Below are positions 63,431-64,000 of a DNA stretch of 64,000 bases, piece by piece; positions within the stretch are counted from its first letter, which is position 1; every line of letters begins with the position of its first letter. Origin of the DNA: the human T2T-CHM13v2.0 reference genome, Homo sapiens. Under the pieces are notes generated by a model that ran no database searches, was not told where the DNA came from, and saw only the letters and a program-made list of their open reading frames with translations. Made by a program: the position numbers and the translations under genes. The stretch is taken from NCBI RefSeq assembly GCF_009914755.1, contig NC_060948.1; one strand, 5' to 3'.

Positions 63431-64000
63431 GAAGACATTAGTGAGGCACTAATCTAACGTTAAATGTATAATGAAAGAAGTTGAAATAAACACCAAAAGT
63501 TGGTTAATAAAATTATATGCATTTTTTCATACTATTTTCAAAAAACTTATTGGTTTTAATATTTAGTATTAGTACTTATTTCACAGATGGACCATCATAA
63601 AGAGTTCACAGAAAAGTTATCATTAGAAATAATAGAATAATAGCAATTATAACCTGCAATTCATTAAAGATTAAAGTCTAATCTGTGGTCTCTCATAAAT
63701 AACTTATGAGGAATAAGTTACTTCGTTCTCCAAGAATTCAGTGTCTTCTTGTGAGCATAATGCATTTTTGCAGATTATATAATTTATGTGATGTATTTAG
63801 AGTTATTACAACTCAATAAATATGGCTATTAAGAGTAGTTGTGGAAGAAACACTTACACAGAAGCTCCAAAGGTCATAATTTTCTTGTAGCTACAGAGCA
63901 AAATATAGTTGTTTTACAGATATCTAACATGTTTCTACATGCTTTGCTCTTCTGAGGCTTCTGATACAGAAATAAACAATATCCAGTTCATAGCCTGAGG

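Overview
Primate (almost certainly human) Y-chromosome-type DNA with no intact protein-coding gene. 1-29.3 kb is a deeply nested stack of ERVs: several decayed class-I (HUERS-P3/MER52/HERV9-like) gag-pol segments in both orientations, a complete HERV-K(HML-3)/MER9 provirus with a 6-bp TSD inserted into one of them, and a 66-bp near-perfect mitochondrial COX1 NUMT inside an ERV gag. A disabled intronless CDY copy (minus, ~30.2-31.8 kb) follows, then old L1M DNA and a HERV-L/MLT2 provirus carrying a young AluY. From 47.8 kb there are unprocessed USP9Y-derived exons in two opposite orientations. A 5'-inverted L1PA2 in a USP9Y-derived intron appears to carry a ~455-bp 3' transduction, bounded by a 17-bp TSD inside a split MER1 element. 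The order CDY pseudogene / USP9Y(+) / USP9Y(-) matches my recollection of the Yp11.2 CDY3P-USP9YP22-USP9YP4 cluster (unverified; needs BLAT). I found no evidence of a new biological system. The best leads are mutational events: the L1 transduction, the NUMT with a target duplication, a probable USP9Y inversion, and a PBS relic inside LTR U5. Repeat family names come from remembered consensus sequences, and boundaries are by eye.
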